A stretch of DNA of 64,000 nt from Promethearchaeota archaeon (GCA_048941385.1 JBHLNR010000003.1:333-64332); one strand, 5' to 3'. Shown: positions 36,049-45,954, counted from the stretch's first letter. Numbers and translations are program-made. The notes: generated from the sequence alone by a model not told the origin.

Positions 36049-36633
36049 ATGCCTTCCTGCATAGTTTGTCATTTAGAAGTAGATGAGGTAAGCCATTCTT
36101 ATTTTGAATGCGATAATGGTCATCCGATTCATTTTCATTGTTTAGCAGATTGGTTATTACACTCAAAAAACTGTCCTTTATGTAGTGATACTTATCCAGA
36201 GAGTGTTTTAGCCAAATTTAAGGATTTTCTGGATGAGAAAAATAAAGAGCAACAAGATGCAAAGAATAAAGAGTTGTATGAAGAATCTAAAAAAAAGATG
36301 GAAAAGGTTGCTGATAGAATAATCTTCCTTAAATATATTGAGGTTATTGAAACTTTAATTGACGATAAAAAGTATTCTGAAGCCATAGATTTACTCATGG
36401 AATCTTACGACGATAGAACTTCTGATGAAAAAAACTTAAGAATTCTTTTTTTATTAGGAATGGTTAATTACTTAAGGGGGCGATATGATTTGGCAATCAA
36501 TTTCTTATTTAAATTAGTTAAACTAAAATTTGATTACCCCGATGGGTTTCTTTTTCTTGGAAAATCTTATGAAGCACTCGGGATGAAAGATAAAGCAGAT
36601 TGGGCATATCAAAGAATAAAAAATAAAGATTAA
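36049..36633 (+). CDS. RING-H2 zinc finger protein with C-terminal TPR repeats (putative E3 ligase-like)
   Basis: C4-x2-C7-x13-C21-x3-H25-x2-H28-x2-C31-x10-C42-x2-C45, with IHFHCLADWLLHSKNCPLC. This is the full RING-H2 spacing, including the Trp after C6. The C-terminus has TPR-like helices (AIDLLMESY..., LGMVNYLRGRYDLAINFLFKLV, LGKSYEALGMKDKADWAYQR). Confidence 0.8.
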   Translation: MPSCIVCHLEVDEVSHSYFECDNGHPIHFHCLADWLLHSKNCPLCSDTYPESVLAKFKDFLDEKNKEQQDAKNKELYEESKKKMEKVADRIIFLKYIEVIETLIDDKKYSEAIDLLMESYDDRTSDEKNLRILFLLGMVNYLRGRYDLAINFLFKLVKLKFDYPDGFLFLGKSYEALGMKDKADWAYQRIKNKD

Positions 36634-37463
36634 TCTTCTTTTACTGATACTAAATCAAGATCTATATTAACATAAAAATCTTGAGAATGATTAGTAGGAC
36701 CATAACCTTTCCCTATATTCAATTTTTCAGCCTTAATAATTGCTGCTGTCAAATATGCCTTTGCAATATGAACCGCTTTTTTAATTTTATGATCTTTAGC
36801 TAATTCTGCCGCAATAGCAGAAGCGAAAGTGCATCCTGTCCCATGAGTATTTTTAGATTCAATACGAGCTGCATGGAATTCAGTGAATATTTTACCATCA
36901 TAAAGAATATCAATTGCATTACCCTTATCAGGAAGATGTCCTCCCTTAATAACGACATTTTTTGCTCCTAAAGAATGGATTTTTTTTGCTGCCTCACGAG
37001 CGTCTATAAGATTTTTTATTTCCATGTCTGTAATTACTTGAGCCTCATAATGGTTTGGGGTTATCACACATGCCAACGGGATTAATTCCAATATAAGAGC
37101 TTTACTTGCCTTAGGTTTTAATAGATGATCTCCACCTTTAGCAACCATTACTGGATCGATAACTAAAAACTCAACACTATATTTACGAGCACGATCAGCA
37201 ACAATTTTAATAATTTCCTCATTTGCAAGCATTCCGGTTTTCCAAGCATCAGCTCCTATATCAGACATAACTGAATCAATTTGTTTTCCGACAAAATTAG
37301 GATCAATCTCGTATATTCCTTGAACTCCAGTAGTGTTTTGAGCAGTTAGAGCAGTTATAGCACTCATTCCAAATACTCCCAGAGCAGAGAAAGTTTTTAA
37401 ATCTGCCTGAATCCCTGCACCTCCACCAGAATCAGATCCAGCAATAGTTAATACTTTTTTCAT
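36630..37463 (-). CDS. thiD: Hydroxymethylpyrimidine/phosphomethylpyrimidine kinase
   Basis: MKKVLTIAGSDSGGGAGIQADLKTF...TALTAQNT...GTGCTFASAIAA are ThiD signatures. Start taken at the internal ATG 37463; the 30-aa upstream extension is not conserved-looking. Confidence 0.9.
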   Translation of the reverse strand: MKKVLTIAGSDSGGGAGIQADLKTFSALGVFGMSAITALTAQNTTGVQGIYEIDPNFVGKQIDSVMSDIGADAWKTGMLANEEIIKIVADRARKYSVEFLVIDPVMVAKGGDHLLKPKASKALILELIPLACVITPNHYEAQVITDMEIKNLIDAREAAKKIHSLGAKNVVIKGGHLPDKGNAIDILYDGKIFTEFHAARIESKNTHGTGCTFASAIAAELAKDHKIKKAVHIAKAYLTAAIIKAEKLNIGKGYGPTNHSQDFYVNIDLDLVSVKED

Positions 37464-37553
37464 TGTCCTTAGTATTTTATACCTTAATTTTATAAAAAAT
37501 TTCTTATAATGTGATTGAAATAAAGGAAATTCTGAATAAAAAAAAGATTTCAT

Positions 37554-38873
37554 CTATAAAGTAGAATTTTTTCTGCTTTCAAGAGTGTCTTTCAACAGTT
37601 TTATCGCGCAAAATTCACCACACATGCTACACACTTCATCATCACCTTCAGCACATCCATTACGGTAATGGATCTCTCTTGCTAATTCAGGATCAATTGC
37701 TTGATTAATCATACCTTCCCAGTTAAGTTCTTTTCTGGCGATATCCATTTTATAATCCCAGTGTGAAACTCGTTTTCCATAGCGTGCGATGTTAACGGCG
37801 TGGGCAGCAATTTTAGAGGAAATGACACCTCTCTTAACATCATCCTTTGTAGGTAAGCCCAAATGTTCAGAAGGAGTAACATAACATAAATAATCTGCTC
37901 CAGCTAAACCAGCAAGTACTCCTCCAATAGCACCTACAATATCATCATATCCTGGGGCAATATCTGTAACAAGTGGGCCTAATACATAAAATGGTGCTTC
38001 ATCGCATAGTGATTTCTGCATTTTAATATTACGTTCAATTTCATTTGCAGGAATATGTCCTGGTCCTTCAACCATGACTTGGACATCTGCAGCCCAAGTT
38101 CGCTTTACTAATTTAGAAATTTCGAGTAATTCTTGAACCTGGGCAAAATCTGTAGAATCAAATATACTTCCTGGTCGCATTCCATCTCCAAGAGAAAGAG
38201 TGAAGTCATATTCTTTAGCCATCTCGAGCAGATAGTCATATCTTCTGTTAAACGGGTTCTCTTCATTATTTTCTAAAATCCATGATGCTAGGAATGTTCC
38301 ACCTCGAGAAACAACACCCATTAATCTTGGATGTTCAATCAGAAATTTAACTATTTCTTGTGTTACTCCTACATGAATAGTAAAGAAATCAACCCCTTCC
38401 TTAGCCTGTTCTTCCACTACATTAAACATGTCATCTTCATCCATGTGGATAATAGCTCCTTTTTTCTCAAGAGCCCTTAGTGCCGTCTGATAAATTGGAA
38501 CCGTTCCTATCGGTATTTTGACATTATCGAGAATTTTTTTACGAATTGTAATTACATCTGTTTCGGTAATACCAGTGCTTAAATCCATTACGGTATCTGC
38601 CCCAAATCGAGCAGCAATTTTTGCTTTTTCCACTTCTTCATCGATATTGCAATGGGTTTTTGATGAACCGACATTCGCATTTATTTTAACTAATAACCCT
38701 CTTCCAATACCTATAGGTGTCTCTAAATCTCGTCGATTTGATTTAGGAATTACAATTCTGCCACTTTCTATGCCTTGCCTTATGAATTCTACATCTACTT
38801 GTTCATTTTTTGCGACAATCTCCATTTCTTTTGTAATCCGCCCATTCCTCGCAGTTCTCATCAAGCTTGACAA
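37554..38873 (-). CDS. thiC: Phosphomethylpyrimidine synthase
   Basis: 439 aa. VNANVGSS, DTVMDLSTG, VSRGG, VMVEGPGH and the C-terminal cluster motif CSMCGEFCAIK. Confidence 0.9.
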   Translation of the reverse strand: MSSLMRTARNGRITKEMEIVAKNEQVDVEFIRQGIESGRIVIPKSNRRDLETPIGIGRGLLVKINANVGSSKTHCNIDEEVEKAKIAARFGADTVMDLSTGITETDVITIRKKILDNVKIPIGTVPIYQTALRALEKKGAIIHMDEDDMFNVVEEQAKEGVDFFTIHVGVTQEIVKFLIEHPRLMGVVSRGGTFLASWILENNEENPFNRRYDYLLEMAKEYDFTLSLGDGMRPGSIFDSTDFAQVQELLEISKLVKRTWAADVQVMVEGPGHIPANEIERNIKMQKSLCDEAPFYVLGPLVTDIAPGYDDIVGAIGGVLAGLAGADYLCYVTPSEHLGLPTKDDVKRGVISSKIAAHAVNIARYGKRVSHWDYKMDIARKELNWEGMINQAIDPELAREIHYRNGCAEGDDEVCSMCGEFCAIKLLKDTLESRKNSTL

Positions 38874-39084
38874 ATTTCTATACCTTCACTTCATATAGTT
38901 AATTTAATTTGGGAAGTTATTCCACTAAGAAAAAATAATTCTATTCAAATTATATTCTTTTGTCTTTTTAATTAAAAACAAAATAAATCATAGAGAAGAT
39001 TAATTAAAGAATTCATCAATGGAATCTTTAGATAAAATTTTAGAAAAAAAAAAATAAAATTTAATTTGTTAGATTACAAGTTTT

Positions 39085-39408
39085 TTATCCCGGAAGAGTA
39101 TAATCACTTCCTTCTAAGCCTTCTGCTAATGTACTCCAGAGTCTGATTTCATATTCAAATCCTTTTATATTTTGGAAAGGTGCCAATCTGTTTCCAGCCC
39201 ATTTCCAAGCTTCTTCTAATTTACCTTCTTTTACTTCCATGACACTTATAACCTCTACTCCATTTTTATTAGTATTAGAGGCAACAGGTATTGTTTCTTT
39301 ACCGAGGGATCTATCAAAAGGAAATTCTTTTAAGACTTCGAGGTATCTTTCGATAACTTCAGTATTTATATCCGTGGGATACCAAGCTTGTACAAGAATA
39401 TATGGCAT
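39085..39408 (-). CDS. Small conserved hypothetical protein (paralog of 39550..39876)
   Basis: 107 aa. AGGAGG SD. Shares [QS]-x-WYP...YLE-[LM]K-FP-DR--GK...V-EGK-[EK]EA with its neighbour. Confidence 0.6.
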   Translation of the reverse strand: MPYILVQAWYPTDINTEVIERYLEVLKEFPFDRSLGKETIPVASNTNKNGVEVISVMEVKEGKLEEAWKWAGNRLAPFQNIKGFEYEIRLWSTLAEGLEGSDYTLPG

Positions 39409-39549
39409 AAATTGATTTCCTCCTTTAATTTATTTAATTAAACCAATTAGATTTCTTTGTAGTGTAGTGTTAATTTTCTTTATATATAAAATTTTACATT
39501 TTTATCAAAAATAAAAAAAGCTATTTAAAATTAAAAGAAGAATTGTATA

Positions 39550-39876
39550 TTATTCTGGAGCTTTGAGTCCCACAAATGGCATTGCTTCAGTTAAGTCATA
39601 ATATGTATCTATTGACATTCTCATACCCTCGATTGCATTACCCAGAATAAGCATTCTATTCACTGCGAGATCCATAGCTTCTTTGAACTTCCCTTCATTT
39701 ACAGAATAGACAGCAATCCCATGAATGCCATCTTTTTCGATTTTTACACCAGATCTTAATATTGGTTTACCTATTGTTCTATCATCTGGGAATTTTTTCA
39801 TTGCCTCAAGGTATGCTTTACCCGCATTCTCTGCTTGAGTAGGGGGATACCAAGTTTGACTTATGAGTAAAACCAT
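39550..39876 (-). CDS. Small conserved hypothetical protein (paralog of 39085..39408)
   Basis: 108 aa from ATG 39876. The GAGGTG containing the ORF-track GTG start is more plausibly the SD. Confidence 0.6.
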   Translation of the reverse strand: MVLLISQTWYPPTQAENAGKAYLEAMKKFPDDRTIGKPILRSGVKIEKDGIHGIAVYSVNEGKFKEAMDLAVNRMLILGNAIEGMRMSIDTYYDLTEAMPFVGLKAPE

Positions 39877-40015
39877 ATAATTCACCTCATTTAGGTTATT
39901 TAAATTTATATAATTTGGATTTCTAAAATTAGAAACAAGAGTAAATGAATTTGATTTTATTTAAGTTTTTACATTTCTGTAATCAAATAACCATATTATT
40001 TAGAAAGATTGATGC

Positions 40016-41428
40016 TTATCGATTATCATGTATATTCTGAAATTCTCTAAAAGTACATATGTTGTCCAATGCCTTAGCGGCAAGTTCAACTGATTCGAAT
40101 ACAGGGATTTTCATTTTAAACAATTCTCGCTTAAAGTGAACTTTATTTGCATAATCACTTGTATCATCCACAATCTTATATGCAATGCATATAAGTGGCT
40201 TTTTCATGTCGTTATAAGCCCGTTTAATTGTTTCGAGAAAAATGTGGTTAAAATCATACGTTTTAATAAAAATTACAGCCGAGATGTTAGGATCAGAATC
40301 TAAGGTTATTAGTGTCCTGTAAAATGTTTCGGGATCTCCCATACTTCCACCTAAATCAAGAGGATTTCGAAAGATTGTATTGACATCTGGCACAAATTCT
40401 CTGAATTTCGCTACTGTTCCAGGGGAAAGCTTCGGAACTTTTAAGTTATGCCTTTCAAATATGTCAGTTGTTTCAATCGAAGCACCGCCTCCACCTGTAG
40501 TAATTCCCATGTTTCTGTCCATTGGCATACTACTGATATGTTGGAAGGTCATTGCTAAGTTAATCAATTCATTGGAGTCCTTTACCATTAAAGCTCCCGT
40601 TTGCTTCGCAACTGCTTCCCATATCTTTACTGATCCTGCTAGACCTCCAGTATGAGATATAATTGTTTCTCTTGTTGCCTCACCACTTCCTACTTTCCAC
40701 AGAATGACCGGTTTACCTTTTTGTGACAACTCGCTCACCACTTTTATGAATTTCCTACCGATTTCTTGGCTTTTAATATTTTCAACATAAAGTGCAATAA
40801 TATTTGTCTCATCGTCTTCTAAGAAATATTCTAAAAAATCTACAAAATTCAAATCAATCTGATTACCAATTGAGAGTATTTTACTTGGATATGTGCCATA
40901 TATGGATTGCCCTTTTGCAGAGATATAAACAGCTAATCCTCCAGATTGAAAAATTCCGCCAAAATTACCGTATTCATCAGTGAGGAGGCCACCTGAAAAG
41001 GAAATTTTATTCTTTGGGACGAATATTCCCATACAATTTGGACCAATTACTCGGATGTTATATTTTTTTACTACTTCAAGAACTTCTTCTTCCAAATATC
41101 GATTTCCAACTTCTGAGAACCCTGAAGCAAAAATAGTTGCAAATGGTACTCCTCTCCTCCCGCACTCTTCCAAAACGGTAGGACAAATCCTTGCCGGAAC
41201 TGCAACTATGACATAATCAAGAGGTTTATCCTCAGGGATATCTAAGACTGAACCATAGACATGAAGACCGGCTATGGTGGTTCCCTTTATACTTGGATTA
41301 AATAGATAAATTGGTTTCTCATAGCCAATATGTTGTAAACAATCAATAAAATACCTACCAGAACGTTTTTCATTTGCACCAATAATTCCAATACTTCTTG
41401 GATTGAATAGTTTTTCGAAATCAATCAT
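40016..41428 (-). CDS. acdA: Acetyl-CoA synthetase (ADP-forming) / NDP-forming acyl-CoA synthetase, alpha subunit
   Basis: 470 aa. N-terminal LFNPRSIGIIGA CoA-binding motif, RVIGPNCMGI, and the phospho-His loop ISHTGGLAGS. Confidence 0.8.
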   Translation of the reverse strand: MIDFEKLFNPRSIGIIGANEKRSGRYFIDCLQHIGYEKPIYLFNPSIKGTTIAGLHVYGSVLDIPEDKPLDYVIVAVPARICPTVLEECGRRGVPFATIFASGFSEVGNRYLEEEVLEVVKKYNIRVIGPNCMGIFVPKNKISFSGGLLTDEYGNFGGIFQSGGLAVYISAKGQSIYGTYPSKILSIGNQIDLNFVDFLEYFLEDDETNIIALYVENIKSQEIGRKFIKVVSELSQKGKPVILWKVGSGEATRETIISHTGGLAGSVKIWEAVAKQTGALMVKDSNELINLAMTFQHISSMPMDRNMGITTGGGGASIETTDIFERHNLKVPKLSPGTVAKFREFVPDVNTIFRNPLDLGGSMGDPETFYRTLITLDSDPNISAVIFIKTYDFNHIFLETIKRAYNDMKKPLICIAYKIVDDTSDYANKVHFKRELFKMKIPVFESVELAAKALDNICTFREFQNIHDNR

Positions 41429-41521
41429 TTTAAAATCAACGTAATTAATAAAAAGATAAAATACAATATCAAGTTACAATATTACTATTACTCTACTTGA
41501 AATAAATTATAATATTATAAT

Positions 41522-42007
41522 TTATTCAAAACCTATTTTTAATTGTTTTAGAAGTTTAATTAATGATGTTGTTAATTGATAATCTTTAAGTTGATTGAAA
41601 GGAACAAATTTGGCTTCAAGTGCATCGTCTTGAGCAGTAGGAGGATCATTTGTTCTACCATCAATTTGTTCTACGAAAAAATTAAGTAATACATAGTGAT
41701 ATTCGATTTTTCCATTCTCATCATACATAATTTTATCAATGATCCCTGCTAATTTTGTCACTTTCACCTTAAAACCTGTCTCTTCATAAGCTTCTCTCTC
41801 CGCTGCTCTTTCCACTTCTTCTCCCAAATCTAAATGTCCTCCAGGAATAGACCAATAACCCGCGTCAGGATCATATTTTCTTTTAACTAACAATAGATGA
41901 TTATCCCTAACAAGGAGGACTCCAACTCCTACATGTGGACGTATGGGATATTTTCTTGTATCAAAAGCAGAAAGTTGTTCTCTATCAACCATAAATTTAC
42001 ATTTCAA
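41522..42007 (-). CDS. NUDIX hydrolase
   Basis: Nudix box GGHLDLGEEVERAAEREAYEETG. The start may be the downstream ATG at 41992. Confidence 0.85.
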   Translation of the reverse strand: MKCKFMVDREQLSAFDTRKYPIRPHVGVGVLLVRDNHLLLVKRKYDPDAGYWSIPGGHLDLGEEVERAAEREAYEETGFKVKVTKLAGIIDKIMYDENGKIEYHYVLLNFFVEQIDGRTNDPPTAQDDALEAKFVPFNQLKDYQLTTSLIKLLKQLKIGFE

Positions 42008-42069
42008 ATTATATTTTAAGTATTAATAGCATTACCAAATTATAAAGATTAATTTTTTGATGGTATTCT

Positions 42070-42555
42070 ATGGTTCGCCCATGGTATTGGCCGAAAGAAG
42101 GACAGCCTCACAGAACGGAGCCTTTTACGTGGATAATTAAGGAAAAAATGGCTGTTTCGTGGTGGCCAGATCCTTACGTAATTGAAATTTATCGAAAAGA
42201 AGGTATTGATGCTATAATAAATTGTTCTGAATTTGATAACCGAGCTGATGTTCCAAAAGAATTTAAATATTACCATATAGAGATCCCAGATTATGGTACT
42301 CCAACTGAAGTCCAATTAAGGAATTTTTTTGAAATTACTAGTGAATTTAGCTCAAAAAATCATCCAATTGTAATACATTGTGTAGCAGGGTGTGGTAGAT
42401 CTGGTATAATGACCGTAGCTTGGGCGTCATATAACGGGTATATCCCCAATGGGATAGATCCAGTAAAATGGATCCGTAAATTAAGACCTTGCTGTTTAGA
42501 GACAAAAGAACAGATGCAATTAGCCCGAAATATAGCTAGAAAATATCAAAAATAA
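42070..42555 (+). CDS. Dual-specificity / protein-tyrosine phosphatase (CX5R)
   Basis: 161 aa. P-loop VIHCVAGCGRSG (HCx5RS) with upstream general-acid-like IPDYGTP. Confidence 0.8.
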   Translation: MVRPWYWPKEGQPHRTEPFTWIIKEKMAVSWWPDPYVIEIYRKEGIDAIINCSEFDNRADVPKEFKYYHIEIPDYGTPTEVQLRNFFEITSEFSSKNHPIVIHCVAGCGRSGIMTVAWASYNGYIPNGIDPVKWIRKLRPCCLETKEQMQLARNIARKYQK

Positions 42556-42639
42556 CTAAATGTAAAGTATTTAATATCGAAATTTATATAATTATTAAAA
42601 AGGAAAATTTTTTCATTGCTAAACTACTCTAAAGAATAG

Positions 42640-43815
42640 ATGTCTATGCAAAAATCAGACTATGTCTACATGATCGCTGACAATATAATGGTTTATCAGA
42701 TTACTCTTCCTGAAGATCTTCAAGGAAATAAGTTGCAGGCGCATCTCAATAATTTTGATGAAGACTTCCTTAAAATCATCGCAGGATTCGACAAAAATTT
42801 TTTGGAACATTTCTTGATCATCTCAAAGGGAAATAATCAACAAGAACTCGCCGGCACTCTTAAGAAAATGGAAAAAATCTCTTTTATGATCGGCCCTACT
42901 GGGAATTTAAATTATCTAGCCTCTAATCAGATACAATATATTCTCACAAAACTCGGATCCTTAAAATTAAACGAGATTAAGGAAAGAAGAATTAGTGAAA
43001 TTGCTGATGAACAATTAGAAAAAGAATTTGGATCTTCCTACAGCACATCATCAGCATTAGAAAATCAACTCGCTAGTGCTGCTTTTTATCTTCAACAAAT
43101 TGGATATTCTCCTCAAGAGATACAAGAAAAATTTAATGAGGTTAGACAGGATCCCTCTAAAGTTGATACGTTATTTACACTACCACCCAAGGAAATTATA
43201 AGTATGCCTCCAGAAATACAGCAGCAGAGCAGACCCCCAGTAAGAAGTCAACCAAGTATAAGCACACCTCAACAACACCAAACCGTCGAAAGAAGTCCCG
43301 CGACTGAAAATGCTATAGAGCAACATATCCAAGCAATTCATCATGAAATAACGGGAGAAAGGGCTAAGAAAGTGGAGGAAATCATCCAGTTAATTAAAGC
43401 ACATGTCAGAGAAAATATGAACGAGAGATATGAGAGAGTCTTTAGGCAGATCCATCCAGACAGGCTTAATAAAGCACTCAAAATGCTCCAATCTACTAAG
43501 AGAAAATCAAAAAGACTAAATTTATACTTAGAATGGTTCTTTTGTTCACATTTATTATCTAATATTGAAGTAAAAGTGGAACATTGGCAAACAAGTAGTG
43601 CAGCCAGTCATGGAACTACAGGTGTTTATACTGCAGGGATCAATTTTTCGCGATATGATAACATTGTACGAGATTTTCCTGATACAAAATTGACAAAGGT
43701 TATTAATATATCAAGGAAAATCCTGCAAAATCCAACTAAAAAAGCAATTCAGAAGCTAGGACAAGACCTAATAGCTGAGACTGGATTTGATGAGCATCTT
43801 TACTTTACTGATTAA
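42640..43815 (+). CDS. Hypothetical protein with a central P/Q/S-rich linker
   Basis: 391 aa with no recognised catalytic motif. Low-complexity PPEIQQQSRPPVRSQPSISTPQQHQ lies between two structured halves. Confidence 0.5.
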   Translation: MSMQKSDYVYMIADNIMVYQITLPEDLQGNKLQAHLNNFDEDFLKIIAGFDKNFLEHFLIISKGNNQQELAGTLKKMEKISFMIGPTGNLNYLASNQIQYILTKLGSLKLNEIKERRISEIADEQLEKEFGSSYSTSSALENQLASAAFYLQQIGYSPQEIQEKFNEVRQDPSKVDTLFTLPPKEIISMPPEIQQQSRPPVRSQPSISTPQQHQTVERSPATENAIEQHIQAIHHEITGERAKKVEEIIQLIKAHVRENMNERYERVFRQIHPDRLNKALKMLQSTKRKSKRLNLYLEWFFCSHLLSNIEVKVEHWQTSSAASHGTTGVYTAGINFSRYDNIVRDFPDTKLTKVINISRKILQNPTKKAIQKLGQDLIAETGFDEHLYFTD

Positions 43816-43826
43816 ATAATTTTTAT

Positions 43827-44285
43827 CTAAACCTCACCAAAGTAGGAATATAAGACAAAAATCACTAAAGTTATAACAGAGATAAAAAAAATCCACATAC
43901 TAAATAACGCATAAAATTCATAAAAAAGATTGGTAGTTAAAATCGGTTCTTTTAATATTATAATAATTATCAGAGAAGAAAGAGCAGCAATTATTACTTG
44001 AGTTAGCAAGGCTTTCAATATCTTAGTTCTATCTTCAATTTTCTTATCCTCTATGACATCTCTTATATTTATATAAATAGAGAGTGTGGGAAAAAACATT
44101 AAAGCATAAGGAATAAAAGAAAGCAGATTCGAGAAGTAGATTGTCCAAATAAAATCAATATTTTGATCAACTATACCTGTTATTAGTGATATAAGACCAG
44201 AAATAACTAAGATTGCCCAAATAAACAACAGAATAGGAACGGCAATGTGTTGCACGTATTCTTTTGAAGAAACATCGAGATCCAT
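43827..44285 (-). CDS. Hypothetical integral membrane protein
   Basis: 152 aa with four hydrophobic helices. Confidence 0.5.
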   Translation of the reverse strand: MDLDVSSKEYVQHIAVPILLFIWAILVISGLISLITGIVDQNIDFIWTIYFSNLLSFIPYALMFFPTLSIYINIRDVIEDKKIEDRTKILKALLTQVIIAALSSLIIIIILKEPILTTNLFYEFYALFSMWIFFISVITLVIFVLYSYFGEV

Positions 44286-44340
44286 CGTCTAACTAGAATG
44301 AAAAAATATTACTATAAATAGATATCGTTTTATGTAATAC

Positions 44341-45954
44341 TCAGCTAGTTGACTTTTTATAAACGGTTTCTCCGCGTATTATTGTTTCAATAACTTGGAG
44401 GTTCTTAATTTCTTCTTTAGGGGTATCAAGAGGATTTTTATCTAATACTACAAAGTCAGCTAATTTTCCAACTTCAATAGACCCTTTAATCTCTTCCTCG
44501 AAAGCAGCATAAGCAGCATTTATCGTATAGGTTTTCAAAGCTTCTTCAATTGAGATACATTGTTCAGGAACAAATCCGTTTCGATCAACCAAGGCGTGCA
44601 ATCCCATAATCACATTAGGTTCTTCAACAGGACAATCTGATCCAGAAATCAAAACGATCCCTGCATCGATTATAGACTTCATAGGATATGTATACTTACA
44701 GCGCTCTTTCCCGATTCTCTTTTCTAACCACGTATATTCGGAGTTTATAAAAGGTGGTTGGCAAGATGCTATTATCCCCAATTTCTTCATATCGCGTAAA
44801 ACATCCTCAGTTAGCATTGAAGCATGTTCGATTCGATGACGGTGATCTTTCCTTGGAAATTCTGTGAGAAGTCTTTTATATAAGTTAACACAGATCCTAT
44901 TTCCTTTATCTCCAATAACATGAATTGCAATTTGAAATCCATTGTTGTGTGCCACTTTCATTTTTTCATACATTTCCTCTTCGTCAACAACACAAAATCC
45001 ACATGAATTTGGAGCATCGTTAAATGGTTCCCACATACAAGCCGTTTTTGCTCCAAAAGTTCCATCAAGGAACAACTTTAAGGTACCTATCTTGAATTTA
45101 CTATCTATTTTTCCCCCATCTAAAGGAGGAGTTTTTATTCTTACCAGTTTTTCGGGATTATCTATAGAAACAAATGCATACCAGTTTTGAAGTATATTAT
45201 CTTGAACTGTTTTGTAAACTTGTATCCTGTCTTCATTCAGTTGACCATGAATAGAAGTTATCCCATTTTCTGCAAAAATTCTAAAAGCCTTATCTGCAAA
45301 TTCTCGTAAGACGGTAGATTCTGGAATCAAATATTTCTCAATTTTTGAAAATAACATTTCCATTGCATTTTCAGAGAGAACTCCTGTCAGCTCACCTTTA
45401 TTATTTTTTCTAATTTCACCGCCCTCAGGAGATAATGTATTTGAATCAATTTCACTTAACTCTAAAGCTTTTGAGTTTGCAATTCCGATATGTCCATCAT
45501 ATCTAACGATAAAGACAGGATTATTAGGGCAAGCTTCGTCTAGATCCCATCGCGTAGGTAATCTTGGGATATCAAATTCCTCTTCTTTCAACTTTAATCC
45601 TAGTAGAAGTTCTCCTTTGTTCCTTTTCTCAGACGCTGCTCGCAGTAATTGTTGTAATTCTTTTAAGCTTTTAACAATAGAAAGATCTAAATTCAGTAAT
45701 AAGAATATAAAAGAAATTGGATGCATATGAGAGTCAATAAATCCAGGAAGAAGCGTTTTCCCTTGTAGATCAATCATTCTGTAATTATCTCCCATTAGAT
45801 TTTTTACTTCTTCTAGCTTTCCTATTGATATAATTTTTTCACCAGCAATCCCTATAGCTTCTACAATAGATTGGCTGGAATTTATGGTGATAATTGATCC
45901 CCCATGAAAAATCTTTCTTTCAAATTGTTCTAAGCTCATGAAAAATAATCTCAC
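44341..45954 (-). CDS. Amidohydrolase family (Amidohydro_3 / YtcJ-like metal-dependent hydrolase)
   Basis: LLPGFIDSHMHP metal-binding motif, internal HVIGD and HRIEHAS, and SGSDCPVE near the C-terminus. Confidence 0.8.
   Translation of the reverse strand: MRLFFMSLEQFERKIFHGGSIITINSSQSIVEAIGIAGEKIISIGKLEEVKNLMGDNYRMIDLQGKTLLPGFIDSHMHPISFIFLLLNLDLSIVKSLKELQQLLRAASEKRNKGELLLGLKLKEEEFDIPRLPTRWDLDEACPNNPVFIVRYDGHIGIANSKALELSEIDSNTLSPEGGEIRKNNKGELTGVLSENAMEMLFSKIEKYLIPESTVLREFADKAFRIFAENGITSIHGQLNEDRIQVYKTVQDNILQNWYAFVSIDNPEKLVRIKTPPLDGGKIDSKFKIGTLKLFLDGTFGAKTACMWEPFNDAPNSCGFCVVDEEEMYEKMKVAHNNGFQIAIHVIGDKGNRICVNLYKRLLTEFPRKDHRHRIEHASMLTEDVLRDMKKLGIIASCQPPFINSEYTWLEKRIGKERCKYTYPMKSIIDAGIVLISGSDCPVEEPNVIMGLHALVDRNGFVPEQCISIEEALKTYTINAAYAAFEEEIKGSIEVGKLADFVVLDKNPLDTPKEEIKNLQVIETIIRGETVYKKSTS

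Noticed and set aside
38874-39084. Possible TPP riboswitch in the thiC leader
   Set aside because: I looked on the minus strand for the conserved CUGAGA and ACCUGAUCUGGAUAAUGCCAGC-like elements. Neither is present; the leader is almost pure A/T. A covariance-model scan (Rfam RF00059) would settle it.
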